Source: Thermoanaerobaculia bacterium (GTDB lineage: Bacteria > Acidobacteriota > Thermoanaerobaculia > Multivoradales > UBA5704). From it: a stretch of 64,000 nt of DNA. The notes below the pieces were generated by a model. It made no database searches. It worked only from the letters and a program-made list of their open reading frames with translations, and was not told where the DNA came from. Shown here piece after piece: positions 50,830-60,016 of this stretch (position 1 is the stretch's first letter; the number at the start of each line of letters is the position of its first letter). A program made the position numbers and the translations under genes. The DNA is taken from contig JBGAGQ010000004.1 of the NCBI GenBank assembly GCA_044226625.1, positions 137,851-201,850 of the forward strand, written 5' to 3'.

Positions 50830-51375
50830 CTAGCGCGGCTCGACGCCCCCACGACCGAGCTCGGGCTCGTCGTCGATCTCGGACGGTATCTCCGCTTCGG
50901 ACGGATTCGGAGTGTCCGGCTCGGGCAGATCCCCTCGCTTCCATACCCCCCCGCAGCGGCGGCACACCCAACGCCGGCGAAAGAACGGGAACGGAAAGCC
51001 GAGCAGCACGGTACCGAGGAAGAACCCTTCGCGAGACCAGGTGCGGCGGTAGAGATCTTCGCTCCGGCAGCGCGGGCAGCGGGGTTCCGCGCCGTCCTCC
51101 GCGGTGACCAGCCGCAGCTGCGACAGCGGATTTTCCTTGCCGAGCAACTCTCTAGCCCGGGCGGCCTCCTCAATGGGGACCTTGAGCTTCACGCCGCCGA
51201 CCGCGCTCGAGAGCATCCAGTCCATGCCGATCAGGTGCAGATCGGCGACCACCGCCGAGATCCCTTCCCCTTCGAGGCGCGCGCGCGCGAGCTCGGCGTC
51301 CCATGGGTTCGAAAACGTCTCGACGATTTCGAGATGACGGACTTCCCAGTCGGGATCGCCCGCAGGCTCAGACAT
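50830..51375 (-). CDS. DUF2007-family protein with Zn-ribbon
   Basis: AELARARLEGEGI, GGVKL.V; CPRC...CRRC. Confidence 0.8.
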   Translation of the reverse strand: MSEPAGDPDWEVRHLEIVETFSNPWDAELARARLEGEGISAVVADLHLIGMDWMLSSAVGGVKLKVPIEEAARARELLGKENPLSQLRLVTAEDGAEPRCPRCRSEDLYRRTWSREGFFLGTVLLGFPFPFFRRRWVCRRCGGVWKRGDLPEPDTPNPSEAEIPSEIDDEPELGRGGVEPR

Positions 51376-51547
51376 CGGGCGCTCCGTGGAGCAGGAACAG
51401 GAGGCCCGCGGCAAGCGCGGCGAAGAACAGTAGGGTCCCGAAAGCTAGAACGAGCGCGATCTTGAGGCTCTTCGGCCGACCGATCAGATACGCCCCCACG
51501 ACCGAGAGGAGGGAGAAGACGACGAAGAGGGTGGTCGGCAGCCACAT
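51368..51547 (-). CDS. Small two-TM membrane protein
   Basis: Two hydrophobic segments; TACACT 11 nt upstream of ATG 51547; overlaps the DUF2007 gene start. Confidence 0.55.
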   Translation of the reverse strand: MWLPTTLFVVFSLLSVVGAYLIGRPKSLKIALVLAFGTLLFFAALAAGLLFLLHGAPDV

Positions 51548-51669
51548 GAGACGTTTCCAGTGTACCGCGCTCCGCAGGCTTCGTCCGAGCGCCAACCCGC
51601 GGTCGTATCTCCCCCGGTCCCGTCCCCTGCCCGCAAGCGTCCTTCAAGGAGCCGGGATATCAGCCCGGA

Positions 51670-53859
51670 TTAATCGGAGTAGAAGCGCTCCCCGCGCTCC
51701 GCCATTTCGACCAGCCGGGCTGCCGGCGCGAATCGGCGCCCGTGCCGGGCGGCGAGCCCCTCGAGCAGGCCGACCGTCGTCCCCGCTCCCCAGCGGTCCG
51801 CGGTGCGGAACAGACCGCCCCGGAACGGAGGGAAGCCGAGCCCGAAGATCGCGCCGACGTCACCGTCCTCGGCGTTCGAGAGGATCCCCTCTTCCAAGCA
51901 GCGGACCGCCTCGTTGAGCATCTGGAGGACGCACCGCTCCGTGATCTCGGAGGGGGAAATCTCCTTGCTTCGCCAGCCGAGCAGGCCGTAAACCGCGGGA
52001 TCGACGCGCTTGCCCCCTTTCTCGCGCTTGCCCGAGTAGTCGTAGAAGCCGCGCCCGGCTTTCCGTCCGAGCCGGCCGTCGGCGAGCATCTTGGCGAACA
52101 CCTCCGGCGTCTCGAATCGCTCCGGGAACGCCTCGGCCATCGTGCGTCCCGCGTGGCCGGCGACATCGAGGCCGACCTCGTCGAGCAGCGTGAACGGCCC
52201 GACGGGGAAACCCCAGCCGGAGAGCGCCGCATCGACCTGCTCGATCGACGCCCCTTCGAACAGCAGCCAGGCGGCTTCGTTCAGGAAGGCCGCGAGGATG
52301 CGGCTGGTGTAGAAACCAGGGCCGTCGGAGACGACGATCAGCGTCTTGCCCAACTTCCGACCGACGGCGACGGCGGTCGCGAGCGCCTGCTCCGAGGTGC
52401 CGGCGTGGCGGATCACCTCGAGCAGCGGCATCTTGTGGACCGGGCTGAAGAAGTGCATCCCGACCACCCGCTCCGGTCGCGAGCTCGATTCGGCGATCTG
52501 GCCGATCGGCAGGGTCGACGTGTTCGAGGCGAAGATCAGCCGCTCGGGGGCGACCGCCTCGACCGCGGCGATCACCTTCTTCTTGACCTCGAGATCCTCG
52601 AACACCGCCTCGATCGCGAGGTCGACCCGCGCGAACGGCCGGTCGTCGACCGTCCCACGGATGCGCCCCATCGCCTGGCGCATCTCCGGCTCGGTCATCC
52701 GGCGGCGCGCCACCCGCTCACGGAACCTCTCGCGGCAGAACCCCATCCCGCGGCCGACCGCCGCCGGGTTCTGGTCCTTGAGCACCACCCGATACCCCTT
52801 TTCGGCCGCGAGCTGGGCGACTCCGGAACCCATGAATCCCGCGCCGAGCACGCCGATCGTCTCGACCGGCAGGGCCCCTTTTGCGATCGAAGCGGCACGC
52901 GCCTCGCCCCGGGTCTTCAGGAAGAACAACCCGATGAGACTCTTCGCGACGTCGGAGACCACCAGCTCCGCGAACGCGCCGGCTTCGAGGTCGAGCGCCT
53001 TGGCGAGCGGCCGGCGCATCCCCTCGCGCACGATGTCGATCGCGACGAGCGGCGCCGGATAGTGCCCACCCGTCTTCTTGAGCACACCCGATCTCGCTTT
53101 GCCGTAGACCAGCGTGTCGGAGGCGACGGGGAGCTTGGCCAGCAACTCGGCCGCCCGAGCGGCGAGCCCCTGGCCCTTGCCGCGACGCTTTTCGATACCG
53201 ATCCGCATCGAGGCCGAAGCACGCGCGAGCTTCGAAGCCGCCGCCCGGAGATCGGCCGGGTGGCAGATCTCGTCGACCAGCCCGAGCTTCTGCGCTTTGC
53301 GCGCATCGACCTGGCGGCCGGTGAGGATCAGGTCGAGTGCTGCCGGTACGCCGATCAGGCGCGGCAGGCGCTGGGTGCCGCCGAGCCCGGGGATCAAGCC
53401 GAGCTGTACCTCCGGAAGGCCGAGCTTCGTCTTGGGATGCTGGGTCGCCACCCGGAACTTGCAGGCGAGCGCCAGCTCGAGCCCGCCGCCCAGGCAGGAA
53501 CCGTGGATCGCGGCGACGGTGGGAAACGGAAGGGCGACAAGACGGCCGATCAGTTCGTGCCCCCGCTGGAGGAGCTCGACTACCGCCTCGGAATCTTCGA
53601 GCGTCCCGAGCTCCTCGAGATCCGCCCCGGCGACGAACGAGTCGGCCTTGCCCGAGACGATCACCAGCCCGGCGGGCGGATCGTCGCGCAGCCGGCCGAG
53701 CTGCTCGCCCAGCCAGCTCATGGCTCGAGAGGAGAGCGTATTGACCTTCTTGCTCGGCTCGTCCAACACCAACCAGGCGAGGCCGTCCTCGACGACCATC
53801 CGCCCGGGAGCGGCACGCTCGGAGGTTCCTACGTCGGGGGTTTCGAGGGGGATGGTCAC
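51670..53859 (-). CDS. fadJ: Fatty acid oxidation complex subunit alpha
   Basis: FVAGAD, GGGLE, GLPEV; GAGFMG, EAVFE, SNTS, GMHFFSPV.KMPL. Confidence 0.93.
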   Translation of the reverse strand: MTIPLETPDVGTSERAAPGRMVVEDGLAWLVLDEPSKKVNTLSSRAMSWLGEQLGRLRDDPPAGLVIVSGKADSFVAGADLEELGTLEDSEAVVELLQRGHELIGRLVALPFPTVAAIHGSCLGGGLELALACKFRVATQHPKTKLGLPEVQLGLIPGLGGTQRLPRLIGVPAALDLILTGRQVDARKAQKLGLVDEICHPADLRAAASKLARASASMRIGIEKRRGKGQGLAARAAELLAKLPVASDTLVYGKARSGVLKKTGGHYPAPLVAIDIVREGMRRPLAKALDLEAGAFAELVVSDVAKSLIGLFFLKTRGEARAASIAKGALPVETIGVLGAGFMGSGVAQLAAEKGYRVVLKDQNPAAVGRGMGFCRERFRERVARRRMTEPEMRQAMGRIRGTVDDRPFARVDLAIEAVFEDLEVKKKVIAAVEAVAPERLIFASNTSTLPIGQIAESSSRPERVVGMHFFSPVHKMPLLEVIRHAGTSEQALATAVAVGRKLGKTLIVVSDGPGFYTSRILAAFLNEAAWLLFEGASIEQVDAALSGWGFPVGPFTLLDEVGLDVAGHAGRTMAEAFPERFETPEVFAKMLADGRLGRKAGRGFYDYSGKREKGGKRVDPAVYGLLGWRSKEISPSEITERCVLQMLNEAVRCLEEGILSNAEDGDVGAIFGLGFPPFRGGLFRTADRWGAGTTVGLLEGLAARHGRRFAPAARLVEMAERGERFYSD

Positions 53860-54012
53860 GGGCGATCCTCCGAACGGAGTGGGTTGATCCGCGAATTGCC
53901 GCTACGCGGCATAAACCGAACCTGATCGTAGGATCGATGCCGCGGTGTGTCAATCGCAGGGGCCCGCCGCAGCGGGCTGGCAGCCGGGTGCGAGGCGGCG
54001 TAGCATGCCGCC

Positions 54013-54231
54013 ATGTCGCGTCCGTTACCGGCCAAGATCGAATCGATCGACGACGCCATGGTTCCCATTCTCCGGTCCATGACGGGCGTCGAAAGGCTTG
54101 CGGTGGCAAACCGGATGTTTCTCGCCGCCCGCCGGATGCTCACCGGCCACCTTTCCGCGGAACACCCCGATTGGTCCGAGGAGCAAGTCCAGGCGGAGGT
54201 CTCGCGGAGGATCGCGCTTGGACCAGGATGA
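54013..54231 (+). CDS. Small helical hypothetical protein (antitoxin-like)
   Basis: LRSMT..ERL...M....R......HPDWSEE.V..EV.RR pattern; TAGCAT 6 nt upstream. Confidence 0.65.
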   Translation: MSRPLPAKIESIDDAMVPILRSMTGVERLAVANRMFLAARRMLTGHLSAEHPDWSEEQVQAEVSRRIALGPG

Positions 54232-54280
54232 GCTGCTGCTCTGCGTCTCGCGGCAGTTCAACATCCCGAGAGGCTCGCCC
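54218..54280 (+). pseudogene. Possible 5' remnant of a partner gene (MDQDELL...)
   Basis: GGAGG + TTG overlapping the previous stop; the frame runs into the convergent xseB after about 20 codons. Confidence 0.35.
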
Positions 54281-54541
54281 CTAGTCCTCCTCCCCCTCCA
54301 AGCTCTGGACGATCTGGGTCACTTCGACCTCGGCCTTGCGGATCTTGCCGCGGCAGAGCTCCAGGAGCTCGGTGGCGCGGCGGAGCTCGGCGGCCAGCTC
54401 GTCGACGTCGATCTCTTCGCTTTCGATCTTCTCGAGGATCGCTTCGAGCTCTTCCATGGCGACGCGGAAGCTCGGCGTTTCGGCCGGGTCAGTAACCGTT
54501 GCGGCGGGGGCGCCGGTCTCTTCTTCGAAGGGTAGCTTCAT
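54281..54541 (-). CDS. xseB: Exodeoxyribonuclease VII small subunit
   Basis: SF..AMEELE.I...IE...DVDEL......L...C..K. Confidence 0.92.
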   Translation of the reverse strand: MKLPFEEETGAPAATVTDPAETPSFRVAMEELEAILEKIESEEIDVDELAAELRRATELLELCRGKIRKAEVEVTQIVQSLEGEED

Positions 54542-55914
54542 GATTCCTCCGCGCGGCTGCGCAGCAGGCCGCGGGCGAGTCGGGTCGTGAGTTGGGTTCC
54601 TCGAGGAGCCTGCAGGGGATCCCGCACCAGGCGGCCGGCGGCGTCGCGCGTGATGCCGAAACCGCGCTCCAGCGTCCGCTCGGGACCCAGGCTCGCGCAG
54701 AGACGCTCGAGCCCTTGAAGACGGGCCGTCACTTCGCGCAGGCGCCCCTTGGCGCGCGCCGCCGCCCGTTCCGCGATCGCCGCGCGCCGGACCTCGGCGC
54801 GGGCGAGGCGGACCGGCGCGGCCTGGACCAGCGAGGTCTCGGCCGACCGGACGCGGCGGGCCGCGAAACGCAGGGTGCCTCGGCCGAAACCGGCGAGGGC
54901 GCGGGCGATCTCACTGAGACGCCGCGAGGCGGCGGCGAGGCGCATCCGGCCGAGCGCGATCCCCCGCTCGGCGCCGGCCAGGCGCTCCCGCGCGCGATGG
55001 AGCGGCTCCTCCGCCTCGCGCATCAACCGGCGCTTCGCGTCGATCCATCGCTGCTCTTGCCGGGCCAGCCGCTCGACCAAGAATTCCGCGACCTTGGTCG
55101 GCGTCTTGAGCGCCGTGTGGGCGACGAGGTCCGCGATCGACTGGTCGATCTCGTGACCTAGGCCGGAGAGCACCGGAAACGGCGCGCGCGCGACCGCCTC
55201 GGCGAGCGCCCGGCCGTCGAACACGGCGAGGTCCGAGCGGGAGCCGCCGCCGCGGATGAGCACCGCGGCGTCGAGATCGAGCCCCGCGAGCGCCGCGAGC
55301 GCCGACACGATCTCGCGCTCGGCCTCTCTGCCTTGGACCGCCGCGTGAAAGAACAGCACGCGGAAACCGTAGCCGCTCTCGACCAGCCCCGACAGGAAGT
55401 CGTGGTAGGCCGCGCTTCCTTCCGAGGTGATCAGGGCGATCCGCAGCGGCAGGTCGGCCAGCGGCAGCGAACGGTTGCGCTCGATCAGCCCCGCCGCTTC
55501 GAGCGCCGCCAGCGTCTCGCGGCGCCGGCGCTCGAGATGGCCGAGCGAGAAGACGGGATCGACGTCTTTGACCGTGAGCTGGAGCCGCCCACCCGGCGCG
55601 TAGAAATCGACCGCGACCCGGCAGCGGAGCATCACGCCATCGGCGATCTCCTGACCCGAAGCGCCGAGCATCCGGCGGAGCCGGAGGAGGTCGGTCTTCC
55701 AAATGACCGCCTCCAACCGACCGACGATGTCGTCGCGCTCCCCTTTTTCGACCAGCTCGAAGTAGAGGTGACCGCGCGAGGAGAGCTTGACGCGCTGCGC
55801 CTCCCCGGCCACCCAGACGGCTCCGAACGCCTCGCCGAGGACGTCGCGGATCTCGCCGCAGAGCAACGAGACGCTGTAGGTGGGTTCCGAGCCGTCGAAC
55901 AGAGATCGGTTCAT
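54538..55914 (-). CDS. xseA: Exodeoxyribonuclease VII large subunit
   Basis: VWV.GE, GHLYF.L, ITS..SAA..D, RGGGS..DL, GHE.D, TPT, LERGF. Confidence 0.95.
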   Translation of the reverse strand: MNRSLFDGSEPTYSVSLLCGEIRDVLGEAFGAVWVAGEAQRVKLSSRGHLYFELVEKGERDDIVGRLEAVIWKTDLLRLRRMLGASGQEIADGVMLRCRVAVDFYAPGGRLQLTVKDVDPVFSLGHLERRRRETLAALEAAGLIERNRSLPLADLPLRIALITSEGSAAYHDFLSGLVESGYGFRVLFFHAAVQGREAEREIVSALAALAGLDLDAAVLIRGGGSRSDLAVFDGRALAEAVARAPFPVLSGLGHEIDQSIADLVAHTALKTPTKVAEFLVERLARQEQRWIDAKRRLMREAEEPLHRARERLAGAERGIALGRMRLAAASRRLSEIARALAGFGRGTLRFAARRVRSAETSLVQAAPVRLARAEVRRAAIAERAAARAKGRLREVTARLQGLERLCASLGPERTLERGFGITRDAAGRLVRDPLQAPRGTQLTTRLARGLLRSRAEES

Positions 55915-55961
55915 CGAGCCGACGGCCAGGCGATTTCGAGCGACCGAGCCCTCACGAAACC

Positions 55962-56510
55962 TCAGTGGTACGACTTCAGCTCTTTGGCCGAGGCGAGCGG
56001 CAGCGACTCGGCCCACTCGACCGCCTTTTTCTCGCCGATCGTGAGCTTCGAGAGGAAGTCGATCGCCTCCTGGCGCTCCTTGAAGGTCCGCCAGATGAAC
56101 GTGTGCCCCGCGGGTGCGGTGAAATAGGTGTAGCTCTTCGCCCCGTCGGGCGAGAGGTCGAACCCGAGATTCGCCTCGCCGTTGATCCCCACGCAGGCGA
56201 TCCCGATCGAGCGCGTGGCGAGCGTCAAGGCGCGGAGCGCGTCCTCGTAGTCGGACAGCTCTTCGCGCGAAAGCGGCGAGTGGAAGACGCCGAGGCGGCT
56301 GCCGTCCTCTTCCGCAAGGAGGTTGTAGGGGATGTCGTGGCGATCCATCGCGTCGCGCGTCTCGCTGGTCGCGACGAACACGTCCTCGCTCCCCATCACC
56401 TTGTAGGTGATGGCGTAGATCTCGTGCTCGAACTGGGCGAAAGCCTCGGCCAAGATCCCCTCGTCCTCGATCGTGAAATAGAACAAACGATTGTTGATCC
56501 GTCGTGCCAT
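55962..56510 (-). CDS. Hypothetical protein
   Basis: AAGGA RBS; strongly GC3-biased, protein-like 182-aa ORF. Confidence 0.8.
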   Translation of the reverse strand: MARRINNRLFYFTIEDEGILAEAFAQFEHEIYAITYKVMGSEDVFVATSETRDAMDRHDIPYNLLAEEDGSRLGVFHSPLSREELSDYEDALRALTLATRSIGIACVGINGEANLGFDLSPDGAKSYTYFTAPAGHTFIWRTFKERQEAIDFLSKLTIGEKKAVEWAESLPLASAKELKSYH

Positions 56511-56877
56511 GTCCTGGAATTCCTTCGGCCGGTTCGCAAGATCGCCCGGAAAACAGGCGCCGGCCGTCTGTAGAAAAGGCTGCCTAGAGGGTGGGGCGAC
56601 GGGCGCCCCGAACCGCACATTGTAGCAGGCGGGGGGCGATCTCGCGCCCAGGCGTCTGCTCGCACCCGGATCGAACCGAAATCGCTCTGCCGTCCGTGCC
56701 GCTCCACCGGACCCTCCGCCTCCTCGATTCGAATCGGGAGGGCCCGGCTCCTTCTGTCCCGTTGTGGGAGGTTTCTTCACAAAGCTCTAGTAGGGGGTCA
56801 TGCCGTCGCGTCCGGGTCCGCCGTTCGGATCCGAAGGCGACATCCGTTCACCGTCGGTCTTTTCGGAGAGATATCGG

Positions 56878-57084
56878 ATGAAGAAGAGCAAGCTCAGGCT
56901 CCACCGGGAAACCCTGGTTCGACTGGACCGCGCGCGCCTTACCAGGGCCGCAGGCGGGTGGAGCAACTACTTCCTTTCCTGCACCTGCCCAGCCAGTGTC
57001 GAAGACTGCACGAATTCCTGCCAAACGGTCTGCTGGGGGTGCGATCCGCCGTCCGGCAAACCCACTGAGTGCGAGTGCCCCTGA
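56878..57084 (+). CDS. RiPP precursor-like peptide (double-Gly leader, Cys/Ser/Thr-rich core)
   Basis: GGAGAG RBS; MKKSKLRLHRETLVRLDRARLTRAAGG then a 41-aa core with 8 Cys and 9 Ser/Thr. Confidence 0.8.
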   Translation: MKKSKLRLHRETLVRLDRARLTRAAGGWSNYFLSCTCPASVEDCTNSCQTVCWGCDPPSGKPTECECP

Positions 57085-57109
57085 GCCGAGCGCAACGGCC
57101 CACCGTTCG

Positions 57110-57135
57110 AAGCGGCGCCCTCGGTCGCCGCTTTC
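57110..57135 (+). terminator. Hairpin after the precursor peptide
   Basis: AAGCGGCG-N8-CGCCGCTT between convergent genes. Confidence 0.45.
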
Positions 57136-57168
57136 CACATTGCACGAGATGCCGAAGGAAGGCGCCTC

Positions 57169-59940
57169 CTACGGGTAGTAGCCCCGCGCCACCCGCGCTT
57201 TGAGCCCCCGTTTCTTGAGCTCGACCTCGATCTTGCGGAAACCCTCTCGGCCGACGTCCTGGTCCGAAGGGTAGGCGAGCAGGTAGCGGCTGCGCAGCTC
57301 CTTCTCGATTTCAGAATAGGCGCCGGCGAGCTCGGCGGCCTTGTCGATGTAGAACGCCCGGCCTCCGGTCTCCTCCGCCAGAGCGTTCAGCTTGCCGCGG
57401 ATCGACAGATCGAGCCGGCTGACGTTCAGGCCGATCGCGTAGACCGCGACCCCGCTGCTTTTGGCGTACTCCAGCGTGTCTTTCCAGGCGAGCTTCGAAT
57501 TGGTGTCGTCGCCGTCGCTGAGAAGGACCAGAGCTTTTTGCCCGCGCTGGCCGCGGAAATAGAACAGCGAGGCGACGAGCGCGTCGTGGAGCGCCGTGCC
57601 TCCGAGCGCCCGCTGCGATTCGATCGCGGAACGGACCGCTCCAAGATCGTCGGTGGGCGAGATCAGCAGGTTCGGCCGATCCGAGAACGAGACCGCGAAT
57701 ACGCGATCTTTCGGCTTGACCAGGCGATCCAGGAAGCCGGCGGCGGCACCTTCGGCCTCGGAGAGCGAGCTCTCCATCGATCCCGAGACGTCGAGCGTGA
57801 GCCCGAGGATGAGCGGCAGATTCCCCACCGGCTCGAACTTCTGCAGCGCCTGCGGCCGGCCGTTCTCGGTGATCGAGAAATCCCCTTCGGAGAGCCCCTC
57901 GACGATCTGGCCCGAGCCGTCGGTCACCGCGGCGAACACCTCGATCAGGTCGACGTTCACCTCGGTGAAATCTTCCGGCGCGTTGAGCAGACGCACCGCC
58001 TCGGAGTGCGTGCCGTCGTCGAGCGTCGCGACAACCGAGAGGTACGCGAGGTCTCCCCCCTTCGGTAGGACGATTTTCGTCTTCCACGGGGGTTTGGAGA
58101 GCGTCGCCACCGACTGGTCGTCCAGCTTGAACTCGACCGATTCGATTTTTCGACCCTCCGGCGGCACCACGTCTGCGGAGGCCGAGAACGGTCCGGCGGG
58201 GACCTTCGCCCGGTCGGCCGGTTCGAGGATCTCGATGACGAACGCTCCGCGCGCCCGGTTGATCACGAACTGATCGGCGGCGACCAGGGCACCCTCGGCG
58301 TCGTACCCCTCGGCGCGGATCGTCTGCTCGCGCGGGGTGGACGACAGACGCACCTCCGCCTCGTAGGGCGGCCGGGTGCGCACGAGCTGCGATTCGCCGT
58401 CGACCTTGAAGATGACCTTCACGATGCGGGAGCCGGCGACCAGCGCCTCGGCGCGCCAGAGGCCGAGCGCCACCTCGTCGGACGGCGGCACGAGCAGCAC
58501 GGCGTCGGCCGCGATCGGCGGCGGCGGTAATTCACCCGCCAGGGGGTCGAGGTTTCCGAGCCGGTCTTCAGGCGTCGCCGGCACGGCGACGGTCCGAACC
58601 ACGCTTACCTCGCCTCCCCCCGTGTCGTCGCTCAGGTGGAGCCGCAGCAGGTAGGTCTGGCCCGAACGCAAAGGCGTCTCGAGCGCCAAAGAAAGCGGCG
58701 CGTCGCCGCTTCCGACCGGCGCGCGGAAACGCACCCGCATCTCCGAGAAGGGACGTCCCGCGAGCTCGACCACGCCCTGGGCGGTGAGCTTGTAGATCGT
58801 CCGGTTGCCGTCGACCACCGACTGGAGGGGCGCCGCCGGCTTCAGGCGGACCACCGCTCGAACGACCATCCGCTGCCCTTCCAACCGCGGGTAGTCGACG
58901 TCGATCCCCGCGAGCTCGAGCTTCGGCGGAATCGGCGAGGTTTCCGTCGTCAGGACCCCGAGGCTCCAGGCGAGTTTGTCGGTCGGCGGATCGAGAAGGC
59001 CTTCCGGCTTGGTCGCGCGGCCCCAGGGCCAGGGCCGCTCCGCGTAGGCGTGGATGTAACGGGTGGTCGATCCGTCCGGGTTCTTCTCGACGCCCTTGTC
59101 CTTCCAGCGGCCCGAGAGCCCCGAAACGCCCGTCGCACGATCGACGATCGGAGTCTGCTTGCACGCTTGGAGGTCGAATCGTTTGACCGAGGAGCGTCCC
59201 CGGAAAGCTTCCCACTCGCCGAGCCAGAAGGCCATTTCCTCGGTATAGAGGACGCGCTTTCCGTCGATCGGCCGCCACGCTCTCCAGGGCTCGCCGACTC
59301 CCGGCTGGTACACGAGGACGCGGCCCTTGAGCTCATCCTTTTTCAACCGGATGGGCAGGGTGTTCTCGTCGTCCCCTGGGCTCGAGTCGTCGTCGGTCGC
59401 CCCGGCCGAGCCGGTCGAGTCGGCAACGCCCGTCGGATCCGCCGAGCCGGTCGCTACCGCGGCAGTCGGGTTCACCTTCGCGTTCCGGGCGGCCCCCGCG
59501 CCGTAGACCCAGATCTCGATCGGTTTGAAGGCGAAGGCGCAATCGATGACGATCTTTTTGTCCGGCGTTCCGTTGAGGAATAGTAGCTGCGAGCGCACGT
59601 CGAGCGGCGTCGGATACTCCGACAGCGCAACGCGCTGGCGCCGCTCGATCGCGGCCGCGAGCTCGTTGATCCCCGTGGTCGGATCGGGATCCGCGAAGAA
59701 CCCGCGCATCAGGTCGGCTCGAGCCGCCTCATCGAGGTCGACGAAGCCGTCGCGGTCGGCCTTCGGCATCAGGAGCGCGGGGCCATCCTGGAGAAAAGCC
59801 CGCTGTTCTTCGGGGAGCGAGAGGGGATCGGAGGGGGGTTGGGCCACCGCCGGAAGGGAGAGACCGGCGGCGACCCCGAACATCGCCCAACGCGCTAGGA
59901 AACGCATCATCCGTTCGAAATGCACTGTCGGTGCCAGCAT
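57169..59940 (-). CDS. Exported GWxTD-like / Ig-like / VWA multidomain protein
   Basis: Signal peptide; DPDP.T..NE GWxTD-like N-domain; DVSGSM MIDAS, TALHDA, LSDGDD, ELRSRY. Start 59940 or 59910. Confidence 0.88.
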   Translation of the reverse strand: MLAPTVHFERMMRFLARWAMFGVAAGLSLPAVAQPPSDPLSLPEEQRAFLQDGPALLMPKADRDGFVDLDEAARADLMRGFFADPDPTTGINELAAAIERRQRVALSEYPTPLDVRSQLLFLNGTPDKKIVIDCAFAFKPIEIWVYGAGAARNAKVNPTAAVATGSADPTGVADSTGSAGATDDDSSPGDDENTLPIRLKKDELKGRVLVYQPGVGEPWRAWRPIDGKRVLYTEEMAFWLGEWEAFRGRSSVKRFDLQACKQTPIVDRATGVSGLSGRWKDKGVEKNPDGSTTRYIHAYAERPWPWGRATKPEGLLDPPTDKLAWSLGVLTTETSPIPPKLELAGIDVDYPRLEGQRMVVRAVVRLKPAAPLQSVVDGNRTIYKLTAQGVVELAGRPFSEMRVRFRAPVGSGDAPLSLALETPLRSGQTYLLRLHLSDDTGGGEVSVVRTVAVPATPEDRLGNLDPLAGELPPPPIAADAVLLVPPSDEVALGLWRAEALVAGSRIVKVIFKVDGESQLVRTRPPYEAEVRLSSTPREQTIRAEGYDAEGALVAADQFVINRARGAFVIEILEPADRAKVPAGPFSASADVVPPEGRKIESVEFKLDDQSVATLSKPPWKTKIVLPKGGDLAYLSVVATLDDGTHSEAVRLLNAPEDFTEVNVDLIEVFAAVTDGSGQIVEGLSEGDFSITENGRPQALQKFEPVGNLPLILGLTLDVSGSMESSLSEAEGAAAGFLDRLVKPKDRVFAVSFSDRPNLLISPTDDLGAVRSAIESQRALGGTALHDALVASLFYFRGQRGQKALVLLSDGDDTNSKLAWKDTLEYAKSSGVAVYAIGLNVSRLDLSIRGKLNALAEETGGRAFYIDKAAELAGAYSEIEKELRSRYLLAYPSDQDVGREGFRKIEVELKKRGLKARVARGYYP

Positions 59941-60016
59941 GTGAGGCTCTTTCGTTGGGCTCGGAGGGCGGTTCGGCAGCCGGGAGTCGGCACGCGGGAT
60001 GGTATGTTTCTCCGTC

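Noticed and set aside
51742-53925. 727-aa plus-strand ORF
   Set aside because: Antisense shadow of fadJ.
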